Shown one piece after another: positions 13,420 to 26,900 of a stretch of 64,000 nucleotides of DNA. The stretch's first letter is position 1. Each line of letters opens with the position of its first letter. The position numbers were made by a program, and so were the translations under genes. The DNA comes from Podospora anserina (Eukaryota), in assembly GCA_017654855.1 (NCBI GenBank), contig CM030332.1, positions 2,542,001 to 2,606,000 on the forward strand, written 5' to 3'. The notes under the pieces are model-generated. The model made no database searches. It was not told the DNA's origin and was given only the letters and a program-made list of their open reading frames with translations.

Positions 13420-14704
13420 GGTGGGTGTTGTGGTTGGTGGTGGTGTTTACTGTGAGGGACGACGGCGAGGTTCAAAAAATGTTTAATTGACGTCAGGGTC
13501 TATCTTGGCGGGGATTAGTAGATAACCCTAACCCTGATTCTGGCACGGTTGTGATGTTCAATGTCAAGAGAATCACATCTTTCTTACTCTTTATTTTTCG
13601 TCACTCACTTTCATCCTTCTCCCATTCTCACGATTCATGAATCCTACTTTGTTGTAGATTCACGGCGTCATGTCTGTCAACATTGTGAACTCAGACGTGG
13701 AATTGTTTACATAATACCAAGGCCGAATGTCAGAGGCTCTGAAACACAGGGCTGGTGGATCTTGACTTTCGACACCAGGTTTCACCAGGTCGCAGTCGAC
13801 AGGCATCCCCAACCGAGCGCCTGTCCCAAGCTTCGTGTCAACCTCCGTCTGATGTTTCGAGCACCGCCGGGATGGGAACAATAGCCGGAGATTTCAACGG
13901 TAATGGTACTCTCTTGCGAGATGATCGCTCGGTTGAGCAACAGATCGCTGTCTCTCCCGTTGATATTTTGGCTTGCAGTTAGAGGTTTGGCAACAGGCGA
14001 AGTTGGTTCATGCTGAAGAACCTCACATGCTTCACCATGGCGAGCATGGAGATCTTTACAACTGGTGACAGGTTCAACATTGAACAAACTGGGCTTGGAC
14101 TCAGTGCAATCACCACCATCCAGTGATGCCTTCAACTAAGCTTAGCGTCGTCCCGACACATGGGATGGCGTTGGGGAAAGGGGTAGGGGCTGAGGCAGAT
14201 CAGATGCGACACTGTTCAAAACAACGCTTGGCTATGACTTCCCGACTGGGCAATGGAGATCTTCTGGTGGTTCGTTGTGGGATTCTCGTAGACTCCGAAA
14301 ACCCGATCACGTTAACATGGGAATAACCCCATGTTTTGAGCTGGCGCCAACTTCGACCCCTGCCTTGATGATACGAGGCTGTTTTCCATTTGAGTGGAAT
14401 CGTTCGTTACTGGGATGATGAGGTATGGTACTCTACACCACTTTCAATGACACACTGGCTTGGAAAGGGGTTTTTAGTCTTCAAGTAGTTCGCTATATAA
14501 GACCAAGTGGTCAGCCAGCAAAGATCAATATTCTTTTTCTCTCTTCAGCAGCGACAACAACTTTCTTCTCGTCTCTGTTCATCACTTTTTTCACTTCTTA
14601 CACAGCTGTGCTGTCTTAACATCAACTTTACGCATTCATTCCATTTTATTTACAACCAGCTACTCTCCCAACACTCCCTCTTCAAAATTACCAAATTCGT
14701 CAAC

Positions 14705-15298
14705 ATGTTCTTCAAGGCCACCTTCCTTTTCTCCCTCCTCGCCACCTCTTTGGCTCTCCCCACTGGTACCGCTAGCCGCAACGTCGAGAAGAGAGGTATT
14801 CTTCAGGTCCAGAACTACTCTCAGTTCCAAGTCTCCGGCGGTGTCGCTGGCAATGCCCTCACCGAGGTCAATGCCAAGTTTCCCGTAAGTTTACCTATGC
14901 TTAGTGCTCAACTTCCTCGTCATGTACTAACTATTGATTAGATCAATCTGAATAATCCTGGCTCCGTCGACGCCGAGGATCTCGCCATCCTCAAGGCTGC
15001 TCGCAAGACGGCCGAAAACGCCGAGACCAAGGCCGGTGGCTTCAACGAGGCCATCGAAGCGGCGGGCGGTGAGAAGACCACTACCGGCAGGGCTCTCCAG
15101 AACGGCAAGATCAAGAACAAGGTTCTGAAGCTGCAGCTCCAGGTTATGATTGCTCAGATTGAGGCTGCTCAGGGCAAGGACACTGCTGCGAAGCTTGCTG
15201 ATGTCACCAAGAAGTTGAACAAGAATGTTGAGACTGATCAGAAGAACGCTGGCCAGCTGAGCACTACTGTTAACTTTCAGGGTACTAGCCAGCCTTAA
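14705..15298 (+). CDS. Small secreted protein (signal peptide + Kex2-type KR site), cysteine-free
   Basis: MFFKATFLFSLLATSLALP...VEKR|GILQ; intron 14885-14941; exon 2 reads ...LQNGKIKNKVLKLQLQV...GTSQP*; strong codon bias. Only partly captured by the ORF track. Confidence 0.85.
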
Positions 15299-15782
15299 GG
15301 GGTTGTTCCAGTGGTTGTATATAATTTGAAATGATGCACATATTCTTTCCATCTCCCTGTCAAATCTGGGCACAGACAGCTGCACCTTCTTGCTTCTATT
15401 GTTGAAATTTATAGGTCAACCAAGATAGGTAGGTACGTGCTGAGGTGCGCAACCCATGAATTAAATGATGCAGTGATAGAAGGCCATACATCCATGTTAC
15501 ATCATCCTCTTCTTTTGCCAGTGTTATGTTCGCGAGCGCACGTTACTAAACGGGTAAGGTCAAGCCACATACCTTTTGCGAGGCATGCGAAATCCCCCAA
15601 ACCTCTGTCCATGCTGTTGGCTGCATTAGCCGCCGAGAAACACCACAAGGCTCTCACTGGCAGCAGCTGATTGGTGAGCAAGGTAAGGAATTCTATTGTC
15701 GATTCCAGACCGCTAGCATCTGCGAAATCATCGTGTTATCCTGGGCGCTTCCAAAATACCTTCCTTCAACAATAAGACTATT

Positions 15783-18700
15783 ATGTCTCTCGTGCGAGCG
15801 GGGATTGCATTATCGAAGGCGGAAGAGAGATTGAGAGATGCTGTCGCGCAATATGAGAAAGACCTCAACCTCGACCAGCAGAAGACCTTGCTTGCCTACA
15901 GGCTTCAAGCACACAATTCCCCCCCAGATGTTAGCGACGTCATGCGAATTACGGCGGAGATTGACCGCGAGGTGTCCAAAACCAAAGTGTTTCGTGGCCG
16001 TTGTTTCGGCCCCCGGTTCACCAACATTTTACAAGCCGTTCAACAATTTGCAGCACTCGGAGATGTTATTGTTGGAGGCTCTCAGAATCTTATTGCTTGT
16101 GGAGTATGGTCACTGGTACGATTCAGCTTGCTTGTAGGAACTTTGTATGGTGTTCTTTTCAGAATGATGACTGACTACTACCTCAGCTGACGGCGAATTT
16201 CTCTGCGTGTGTCGAGAGGCTCTCCAAGTTATTGATGGATGCTGGCCGTGCTGCGCCACGTTATCAAGAGATGGCTTTGCTCTACCCGCAATCCCGGTCG
16301 CTCCGGTCAAACATGTGCGAATACTTTACCGTTGTCGTCCGTCTGTGTCACCAACTCGTGATGTTCACGAAACAATCTATCTTTCAACAGTTGAAAGCCT
16401 TCTTGAGTGACCAAGAGATGACTTCGTTTCGAGACCAGCTTGACCACTGGGCTGTCTCAATTAAAGCGGAAGTCTGGCTCCTCACGAATAAAAGCATCGA
16501 AGAGCAAGGAATGAGTTTGAAGGCCATCATGAGGTCAGGAAAGACTCGTCGAGCAGAGAAAGCAAAGTTCAAAGTCCTCAACTATTGTTCGACTTACGAT
16601 TATCAGTCCACTTGGAAAGAGCTACGAAAAGCGGGCAACACAAGTCTTCTTCAGGGCAGCGCGGAGTATCACAGCTGGAAAACCGCACGACAGTCTGCAA
16701 CTCTCATATGCCAGGGAAAACTAGGATCTGGAAAGTCAGTTCTGCTGGCCAATATGGTTGCAGATCTAGGCCTACACGTTGGCAGTGCGAAGTGTTCTAT
16801 CGTCTATTTCTTCTGTCGACACAATATAGACGAAAGCTTGAAAGCTCAAACGATTATCGGATCGATCGTTCGACAGCTTCTGACCCGTGTCGCCGACTTT
16901 ACCGAGATTGAGCGCCAGATAGTTGAAGATTACTCGCCAAGATCGAGTTTAGCCGTTGACGAGGGATATCGAATGCTTCAGGACTGTTTCCCGGCAGGCT
17001 TGGAAGCCTTTATAATCCTCGACGGTTTGGACGAATGCACCGAGAAAGAGAAGGCCACTGTCTACGACCAACTACAGACACTTCAGAAGAGATTTACTTT
17101 GCGTATATGCCTTTCAGATAGGCTGGAGCTGGACACTTTCTTTCCAGCACGCGCAGCCCAGCTTTTGAATCTGCACCGACTCTCCGTTCGCAACAATGCT
17201 GCTGATATCGCCAACTTCATAGATGACGAGTTGGAAAGGCTCATCAAGTCGAACAGGCTGAGGTTAACAGATCCCACCCTAGTACTAGAGATTGCCGATG
17301 CTCTCTTGGAAGGCGCACAGGGGATGTTTCTTTGGGTGGCACTCCAGATCTCAGATTTATGCCAACAAGAGAATCAGACAGATGCCGACATCCGTCGCGC
17401 CTTGAAAAATCTACCCAAGGACCTCAACGAGACATTCTCGCGAATCCTTAGAAACGCAACGGAAAACAGCAAGGGTTATCAAAACCAGGTGCTCAAAGTT
17501 TTAACAACGGTATACCGACCTTTGACGGCAGAGGAGCTTCGAGAGGCTCTAAGTATTGTACCTGGAAACCGCGTTTGGAATTCGGAAGAGCTCATCAGCG
17601 ATATCTATGCCGTACTAGCAAGTTGTGGGAGTCTCGTTATGGTCGATGAAGAATCGCTAACGATACGTATTGTCCACCAAAGCGTCGTTCAGTTTTTGTT
17701 TGGCGAATATAAAGGTGCAGCACGACCAATCATTACACGAGAAGGGGCGGAAAAAGCAGTGGGCGAGATTGTTATAACATATCTTTCTTATGATGTGTTC
17801 GATAGTTCTATCTCGGTCAGGGTTGCACCCGAGATACCAGCCGCACCAGCAAATATCATCCGGACAATGGACATTCCACTCAGCGTCCGTGATACTGCAG
17901 TAAAATTGCTGCAGCTACGAAAACAGCCTGGATTTGATATGGGCCAAGTCCTTTTCGCCACTAGTCAACAGTCATCAACATATGTAGAAAAATGGCCATT
18001 CTACGGCTATGCGAAAGAACACTGGGAACGCCACTCAAGATACATTGAAACAAACAACTTGGAAATGATGCGACTCTTGATCTCGGTTGCGCATAAGCAA
18101 GTAATCCTCGAGGAGAACGACACGTTGGTACGATGGGCCATAAGACACAAGCACAATCCCGTCGCCCAGGCCGCCACCGATGAAAGGAAATTCACCGAGT
18201 CCCTCATGCAATCTATTGTCCACGGAGACAGCGATTCTGCGATGAAACTTGTTGGCGAGATTCCATGGCGTTATGAAGAATTCAACTATCAACTCTGGGC
18301 GATTGCTGCAAAACGACCTTTTTTTTGCAGCGGGCAACTCTTGAATAACATGCTCCGTCAAGCAGTTATTTTGGAAAAGTTCAAGGGTCCCGAAGTTCTT
18401 GGTCGACTGCTCAAGACTGGTATACGGCTGGACAACATTGCCCTTCTACGCTTGCTTGAAGAACACAAATATGACCTTCTCAGTCTCATTCTTAAAGAGA
18501 ACATAGATGTTGAATGCCGCAGCGTCGAGGGGGGCCAGACGCTTCTCTATTGGGCCTCATGCGGTCTTAGCCATGGGATTGTTCAGATGCTTTTGCAGGC
18601 TGGCGCAAATGTCAACTCGGTCGAGACCATACACGGAGAGACGCCGCTGATCGGAGCCACGAGGCACCAGAGATTGTCAACTGTCGAACTTCTTGCTACT

Positions 18701-19543
18701 CACGGAGCCGAGTTAGATGCAAGGGATAGACACGGAGATACGGCTCTGACGAAAGCGGCCGCACTATGGGACAGTGATATCGTCGAAGTCCTTTTGAGGC
18801 AGGGGGCAGATCCGAACGTCAAACACCCCTGGGGCATGACAGCGTTAAATCGTGCACTATCTAAAGTCCGATCCGAAGAAGATTCGAAACTGGCCGCATG
18901 TGTGGATGCCCTAATTACTTGGGGGGCTGATATACATCACGATTTGGTAGATGGGATTACATGCTTGGCATTCGCCCGTAAACTGGGGTATGAGAAGACC
19001 GTTGAAGTTTTGCTGGAAGCGGAACGTACACTACAGATCAAGGGATACGTGCCTCTACATTATGCTGCTAAAGGCGGTCATGCGAAGACTGTTGAACATA
19101 TTCTCGTCACAGGGGCTGACCCAAATATACGCGCAAAATCCGGCAAAACGGCCTTGATTTATGCCGTTGAAGCTGACAACGAAAGCGTTATCGACGTCCT
19201 TCTCGCTCATGGGGCCGATCCAAGTATACCTAAAAACTGTGGCGAGACGGCCTTGATGATCGCTGCTCGAGCTGGCAATGCAAGTGTTTGCAAACGTCTT
19301 GTCACTAAGGAAGGCAGCCCAACCAATTCCGCATTCGAGTTCCAGTCACAGCTGTCATTGGAAGTTGCACAGTCCCCTCTCCCTGAGATGGCTCACCCGA
19401 TCGAGCGAGGCGCGATGGTCAAGCCTTTGTTTTTCAAGGCGTCTGATGCAACCGACAAGCATGCTACTCGGTTTCCATCTTATATTCTTGTGTACAATCA
19501 GGATGATGAAATTGTTGAGGTTGTTTCCCCTCACAAAACCTAA
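15783..19543 (+). CDS. Fungal NLR-like STAND protein: helical N-terminal domain, NACHT NTPase, C-terminal ankyrin repeats
   Basis: Walker A GKLGSGKS, Walker B IILDGLDEC, GAQGMFLWV, IVHQSVVQFL; ankyrins (GETPLIGA, GDTALTKAA, VPLHYAAKGGH, GKTALIYAV, GETALMIAA). Intron 16134-16186 joins the two ORFs in frame. Confidence 0.92.
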
Positions 19544-19921
19544 TCTATGAGATTAGGTGCTTGATCCTCGAAGACGAACCATATGAAGGCTACCTGTAGG
19601 TGTGTGGGTAAGGTAGTTTCTAAGAATTGATGACTTTCCGCCATTAAGGATTGTTCTCTGGAATATTCTTTTCTGAACAAAGGTTTCGGGATGGAAAAAT
19701 GAGCAAAAGAACGGAAAGGCATGAGTTCACTACCTTAAGCAAGCTTCAACTTCACCACCAACTTGTGGAGTTGAATGAGAGAATAACTTCATCGGCCATA
19801 CTCAGTCAACCTGTTTACCTACTTAAGCTCGAAGCTACTGAATCCAAACCACACATTTTAGAAACGACATTGCTCCTGGCCCCTTTGTACGCAGGTACCT
19901 GATCTGCTGTCTTGAAAGCAC

Positions 19922-21813
19922 TCACTCACCAACCTCCCGATCCTCACTCCAATGAATATACCCAATCACCGGCCAACCCCAAGTAACATGCCTAATCGTC
20001 TTCCCCCAGAAATACAACGGCACCCAGCAAACCAACACCGCCGCCGAGATCGCCGCCATCGTCCCATACGCATTCAGATAGCCCGCCTGCTGCACCCAAG
20101 TATTCGTATAAAACGACAGCAAAAACCCAAACAAACTCTTGAATCCCATGACCGCAAGTGTGATCTCCCCTGCCACAGGCCGGTAAGCATCAATGACATA
20201 CACCAGCGCCACATTCGTTCCCTGAACAATAGCAAAATTCACTGTTTCCCTTCCATGTCAGCACTTCTTCTTCTTGGGTATCTCGGCAGAAAAACTTACA
20301 CAACGCAATCCCCAAATTCGGCACCATCCAATGCAAGCTCTTCTCAATCCCCACCCCAAAAATCACCAGCCCCAACGGCGCGGTGATCATGGCAGGTATC
20401 ATCGCCGGCAGTCTCATTTCCGGATCTCTAATCCCGTTGTTTCTCTTGGTGAAGTAATCCGCTACTTTGTCTCCCCACCATCCACCAAGCGGTATACCTG
20501 CCAGCGAACCGACCAAAGCAGAGACAAAGCAGACGCCTACCTGCCATGACTTGAATCTGTAGGTTGCTTCGTAGGCGATCTCAACATTGGATGTCATAGC
20601 AACCAGAAACCCAATGGTGGCGGCTTCAACAAGGGCAGCCCAGAGGACAGGGGGGAGGCAAATCAGACCGAGGGGACGAACGGTCAGTTTGAAGAATGAC
20701 TCGTGGGTGATAGTCCCGTGGAAGATTTTGAGAGTGGAGAGGTAGGAGGCTTTCTTTGGGAGGGGGGAACTGCCAACACGGCGGGACTCAGGGTCGGAGA
20801 TGGTGGCAGTTGGGTTCTTTTCTGTGGAGGAGCGTTGGTTGGGGGTGCCGGTGGAGGAGGAGTCGTCGCTGTTGGAAGGGGTCTCACGGATGTAGGCTGT
20901 TTCGGGAAAGGCGAAGAATGCGATGAGGAGGACGAGGCCGACGAGGGCGGAAGCAACTTGGAAGATTACACGCCAGTGGTGGTCGATTGTGATGACGCTG
21001 GGGATATCTTGTTAGAATGGGGATGGGAAGGTGTGATAATAGAGGGCATACCCTGAGATGATGAGACCGATGGCTACACCGACAGCGAGAAAGGAGCTGT
21101 ATAAAGCCATGACTGTACCTCGCTCGTGGAGGAAGAAGATGTCGGCGATGGTGATGGGGGCGATTGTCTCGGCAGCACCGGCACCAAAGCCCATGATGAC
21201 ACGGCCGGCAAGAAACCCGCCATAGGAGCGCTCGAAGCAAAGCCAGACAGCAGAGGCCTGAGGTCCTTGTTAGTTCGGTTCAGCGTTCGTTCATGATTTT
21301 CTTGACTTACAAAGTAGATCAAATAGCTGAAGACATAAGTCGGCCGGCGTCCCCATTTGTTGGCAACAGGGACCCAGAAAAAGTTTCCAATACCCTGCAT
21401 GAGAGCACAGGTGGTGAAAAAGTACGCAACCTTGGCTACAGCTTCGTGGAAGAGCTTGGGGTTTCTTCCTGGATGGGCACCAACGAAGAACTCCATGGTG
21501 ATGTTGACCATGGCAATCGAGGGCCCTGCCGCCAGAAAGTTGCAAATCATCATGGCCAGGCAGATGACGGTCGCCATATAGTACTTGTACCATTGTGGCC
21601 TAAGAAGTGTTAGCTAGGTGTCTTCGAGGTGATGTAAAAGGCTTACCAGTTGAGGGGATCATTGGGGTCAGAAGAAGGTGTCGGGATCAGGATGATCTCG
21701 TTCGTGTCCTGATCACGAAGACGAACGTTGCCGAGGGTGACAACTCTCTTCTTGTCACCACGATCACTATGGGGGTTGGCCGCCAAAGAGGCAGCGATAC
21801 GATCTCCAGCCAT
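19922..21813 (-). CDS. Major facilitator superfamily transporter (DHA1/HOL1-like), multi-exon
   Basis: LIPTPSSDPNDPLNW, ANKWGRRPTY, IADIFFLHERG, FPETAY, RDPEMRLP, YVIDAYRP; four short GT-AG introns (first 21600-21646). Confidence 0.9.
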
Positions 21814-23997
21814 AATGTTTTCTTGATGAATGTTAGTAAACGTGTAGACATGATGTTATGGGAAGGGTAGTGTAGATATACATACGGTTTCCAAGGGTCA
21901 GACCTAGTAACCGGCCTGGAAAAGGGGTTGTTGTGGCGTCCTGTACAAGTATGTTTGTGTTCCCCAGTAGGATCAAGCCTCACTCTAGTCTGGATCCTTC
22001 GGCGAAGTGGTGTTGAAAGGGAGAGGGCCTGACACACCAACCTAAGAGTCGACGCGGTCAGGAGCAGCTAGTTCTGCGAGGTCCTTGATGTCATATACTC
22101 TTTGCCATCCGCGCAGAAAAAAAGGCCGAGACGGCTCTACCTCGCGGGCTCTTGGGCGACTGCTACATACACAAGACCGATACAATGAGAGTGTGTTGTA
22201 ATATGCAAAAGGACAGTTGCAATCCCTGCATCTTGTATATGGCTTGGCTCATTCCTTGGCACAGGGGTGGTGGTCTACTGACACTTATCGCAGCGCTTTA
22301 CCAACCTAGCACACCGTTGCCGGTGCTGGGGTTCATGGTACTGTACCTTGTGCCATCGGTTGCACTGCATGCTCCATTACACCTTGGCTGACACTCCCGG
22401 TCTGTGTTTATATATTCCAACCGCCAGAACAACAGACCCAGCACCCGCCGAGGCCCGGAGCTCCGAATAGCATTTGCTAGGCAGCCTTATCTCCAGAAGA
22501 GAAAGACTCTTATGAAGCATTCCGTAGTTCCGTAAGGGCCGATGAGTATTGTGGTTGAGAGCAAGACAATATGGGATTGAGGAGAAGACATGGCTTTTCT
22601 GCAATCACAGTCAGCATGAATGAAACCATCCGGCATCTGTACGCACAGACTCGGGTCCGATTCTGCTTTCTGCCACTCGTGGTCAAGGGATGTGATGGTA
22701 TAGCGGTGTATATTCATGGCTTGTACTTTTGTAGCTTCCGTTCCGGCTCCCGGGCATGGTATAGAGCTTACGGGCCGCTCGACCATCTGCAAGGCGACTG
22801 GGATCGGCTTGCCCGGTCGAGTAGCGATGGGTATTAAGACAGACAAGACCGAGAATATTGCCTACCCACCATTGTGTTCTCCTTGAGTGGATGTTGAATG
22901 GCGATTGACAAGGGTTGGTGTTGGTTGGCTCACCACGGCACTGTGACCTGCTGAGAAACTCTTGTTTTCTTTCTTTTGAGATCTGGGCAACGGTCAGGAC
23001 AAGACTTTGAAATATATTGCCTAGTGGGCCTGTCGGAGTTCCCCAACATTGGCATCATAAGCTTATCATGATGTTACTCTATTCAAAAGAGCCGCCTGAG
23101 TGTGATGTAAAGCTAGGGTGCATGTCGAGGTACTTGTCTTTTGAACACTGATGAGTGCCAACCCCACGAAACAGTTTCAAGTCCCATAGCGGTTCCAGAT
23201 AATGATTCGAGTCCCGAGCTAGTGGAATCGCGGTATGGCTTTGATGCCAAAACCGTCCCAATCGTCAGAGGAATCCATTTGGGTGTGAATCCGGCGCCCG
23301 GTGTCCCAACCGCAAGAGCAATATATACTGCAGGTTTGATTGCTTGGGGATGGCAGGGCCAATTTATGGTAAAAAGGCCAGTGTCAGGTTTGCCGTTAGT
23401 CGCTTGGGTGTTTGTAGATGTTCGGAACCGAGGACATCGGGGAGCGGGTACTATTCGGGCGGAGGAGTCCCAACATGGTTTTCATAAAGAGAGGCCTTCG
23501 GGAGAGGTGGCTCGGTGGTCAGCTATGGCTGCGTTGCCAGATCTTCATTCGAGATGATCAGATGCACTGGAGAGTTGCACCAGGATTCCATGCTGGCCGT
23601 TTGCTGCGAAACAGTGGAAACTGGTTGATCTCCCCGCTGACGAACTGTCTTGGCACGCGGAGTATGGGGCCGCTTAGCAGGGGAACGCGTGGCCTGGCTA
23701 GGGTGCTGCTGGGTCTAACTGCTTTGGACAAGAGACAATCGTAGCCAAGTTGAACATCAAAGTCCCGAGTCAAGTGTTTGTCAAGTCACGATTGTGTTGG
23801 CGATATCTGCATCTCAACTCACGGACGTGAATGACTGACTGGCAGCCGGCTTGTTCCACCACAGTTCCGTCCGCACCAACGCCAAATCAGTAGTCTGGGC
23901 ACTTGGCTCTGAAATCGCCAACTGGTGCGCCTCAATGATGCTCGCGCTACCATGACCCAGTGTTACACCCAATTGATGGACTTCTCACCAATTCACC

Positions 23998-26900
23998 ATG
24001 TATCCAATCCGCCATCTCATTGACCCGCCCACCAGTAATCCTCCTCCTCGTGGCCAGCCCCAACCACCGGTAGTTGGAATTGACCCCAACGCCTCTTTAT
24101 TTACTCCACCCGTCCTCCCACACTCGACATCAGCCGCCGGTCCTCTCACCGGCACGGCCCCGGCCTCGGCTCCGGCTGCATCACCCTCTCCGGCCTCATT
24201 TTCACATCCGTCCAGCTCGATCAATGCCAACACCACCTCCCAGCCGCCACAACAACAACAACAACTACAACAACAACTACAACAACAACAACAACAACAA
24301 CCGCCACAGCCACAGCTCCCGACATCGCTTTACCAGTGCGCTCATTGCTTGCGTCGGTATTCTCGGCCCGAGCATCTCCAGGTGAACACTCACCGTCTCC
24401 AGGCCGTATGCTGTCTTCACATTACTGATGAAGATGATGCGTTAGAGACATATAGCAACCCATACTCTCGGGAAGCGCTTCGTCTGCGATGTGCGTCTTC
24501 AAACATGCTGAGCAAAACTCATCATAGCTCACCAGAAACCTGACTAATATGGTGAAAGATTTGCTCCAAAGCCTTCACCCGGGCAGACCTCCTCAAACGT
24601 CATCGCACCAACCATCAAGATGACAACAGCAACAAACGTAAACGCCTCAGCTCCGCGGCTCCTGGTGCCGGCCGCGTTGCACATGCTTGTCAGGCATGTG
24701 CCAAGGCTAGAGTCAAGTGTGAAGAGATGAAACCGCAAGTGCCCCTGATGATGCATCACGTCTTCACTCCTGAGCTCACACTAACTCTTATCAGATGCAC
24801 AAGATGTAAGAACCGTGGCATAACGTGTGAGGTAGCATCCTCAGAGGATGCCGCGATGCACCTGCTACATCTCTCCGCAAACGCCCATGGTTTTGAGTCC
24901 CATCCACCACCGGACACGTCTCCGAGCGCTTCATCGCAATACCCTCAACCAATAAGTGCCGTTGAGCCTGAATTCCAACAGCCAACTTTCAACCCAGCAC
25001 TGAAAAGCTTTGCGTCGTCTTCTCGATATCAGCAGCCCAGCCTTGCTAGCAACTCCCTCACGCCAGATGATCGGCAGTTCAAAGAAGAATCACAGTTGCC
25101 AACGCCTGAAACACTAATGGACCAGAACAACCCAGACAACCTCAATCGCCCTCAGGCTACCTATCAGAACCAGGGCCTGGCTACGGTGGAGCAAGACTTG
25201 GAAAAAGCACCATTCTCAGAATTTCTACGTGATGTTCTGTACGACCAGTCGTTTGGAAATTCAGCCAGAATGGCTGAGGCACAAGGACTGGCTGTTTTGG
25301 ACTTTTGCGATGATGTCAACCTGAACTTTCGAGAATTCGACTTTGGTCTTCTCGAGAATTGGAACCCTGATGCCACCCAGCACGTACCTGACTCGACTAC
25401 TCAAGTGGACAATTCGGCAGAGGTTGCGGCCATGCGATCGACACTCGTCAAGATCTGGACCGAATCACCCTGGCGTTGGGTTCCGAAAAGGACCGATACG
25501 GGCTACAACGAGCAGTCTAACCTTCCACTGCTCTCCCGGGATGTACATGGATCTAAAGCCCTCAAGCCTGATCGAGTGGTAAAGGACACTCTGCATAGCT
25601 CCAACCGGGACAAGATCTTGGCCATCGTTCTGAGCACATGCAGGGAAAATAGCATGATAAATCGCGTGGCTTCATCGTTTCCCTCGGCCGAGATGATGGA
25701 TACCTGGATTCATGTCTTTTTGGCTGCACACATGTGCCAAGTCTCATCATGGATTCACTATGGCTCGTTTTCCATGAACCACCAATCTCCAGAGTGGCTC
25801 GCCATAGCCACCGCTGCTGGTGCCGTTCTTGCCCCGGTCACTACCCTAAGAAGATTCGGTTTCGCGCTACAAGAAGCCGTTCGTATCTCCATTCCAGGCA
25901 GATTTGAAGAAAACAACACCAACATCGGCCTCCTCGGCCCAGTCCAAGCTCTGATGCTAGTGCAAGACGTCGGCCTCTGGAGCGGCAACCGTCGGAAAAT
26001 GGAAATCGCAGAATGTCATCTCTCGGTTCCCATGGCCATGATGCGCTACAGAGGAAAATTCACCAAAACCGCCTACCCAGACGTCATCATCCACCCCTCC
26101 GACGAGGGCAAAGTCGTCGAAGAAAAATGGAAAAAATGGTACCAACTCGAATCATGGAAACGTCTCGTCTTCCACGCTTACCTCCGAGATGCCCAGGTGT
26201 CCATGACACAATTCAACAACCCCTCCATGTCCTACGCCGAGCTCACCCTCCCTTTACCCTGCTCGAAAGATCTCTGGTTTGCACGCACAGCAGAGGAGTT
26301 CAAAATCCGGTGTCTCGAATCTCGGACCAACAGTGAGGGCAACAAACGCCCTCCATCGCTAGGCGATTTATTCAAGGACATCAACCTCCTCGCCACGAAC
26401 CACCACCTCCTCGACGTGCAATACGCCATAAGTATCTACCTCCACGGATTCTGGTCCCTAATATGGGAGTACCGCCAGCTCAAATCCATCCTTTCCTCCT
26501 CCCCTTTACCCACTACTGACCCCTCGCTCTCCCCCGACATGCTCCTCACCCAACGCCACGGCGAACTCCGCCGTCAACTCTCCCTCTTCCAATCCGTCAC
26601 CCGCGGCTGGCACGAGATGTTGTCTGCCCAAGAATCCATGATTCTCCACCTCCTCCAAATGAACCTCCACGTTTCACTAATCGACCTCCAACTGTTGACC
26701 GGCAAAGAAGGGGAAGACCAAGCAAGAAGGGTCTACCCCCTTTTGCAGAAATGGTGTCTCGAATCGAGCGACAGCCGCCAGGCGTTGTACCATGCCGGCC
26801 AGATCTTCCGATGGGGGAGGAATTTCCCCAAGGGACATCTAAAGGACTTTTGGGCGATTGCGGTGCACCATGCTGCGCTTTGTTTGTGGACTTATGGGAT

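Noticed and set aside
13488-13535. TAACCCTAACCCT telomere-like motif and TGACGTCA upstream of ATP11
   Set aside because: Only two repeat units; may be promoter elements but not an interstitial telomere, and cannot be supported further.
15783-16600. NLR-amyloid signalling pair (HET-s, PP or sigma motif with adjacent HeLo/HELL effector)
   Set aside because: No N/Q/G-rich motif at either NLR N-terminus and no neighbouring effector gene recognised.
22377-23773. Short ORFs between the MFS and TF genes
   Set aside because: No recognisable domain, codon bias or consistent splice model; possible gene relic but unsupported.
24744-24772. TGATGA..CTGA box C/D pair in the TF GC-AG intron
   Set aside because: Boxes only about 20 nt apart; too short for a snoRNA.
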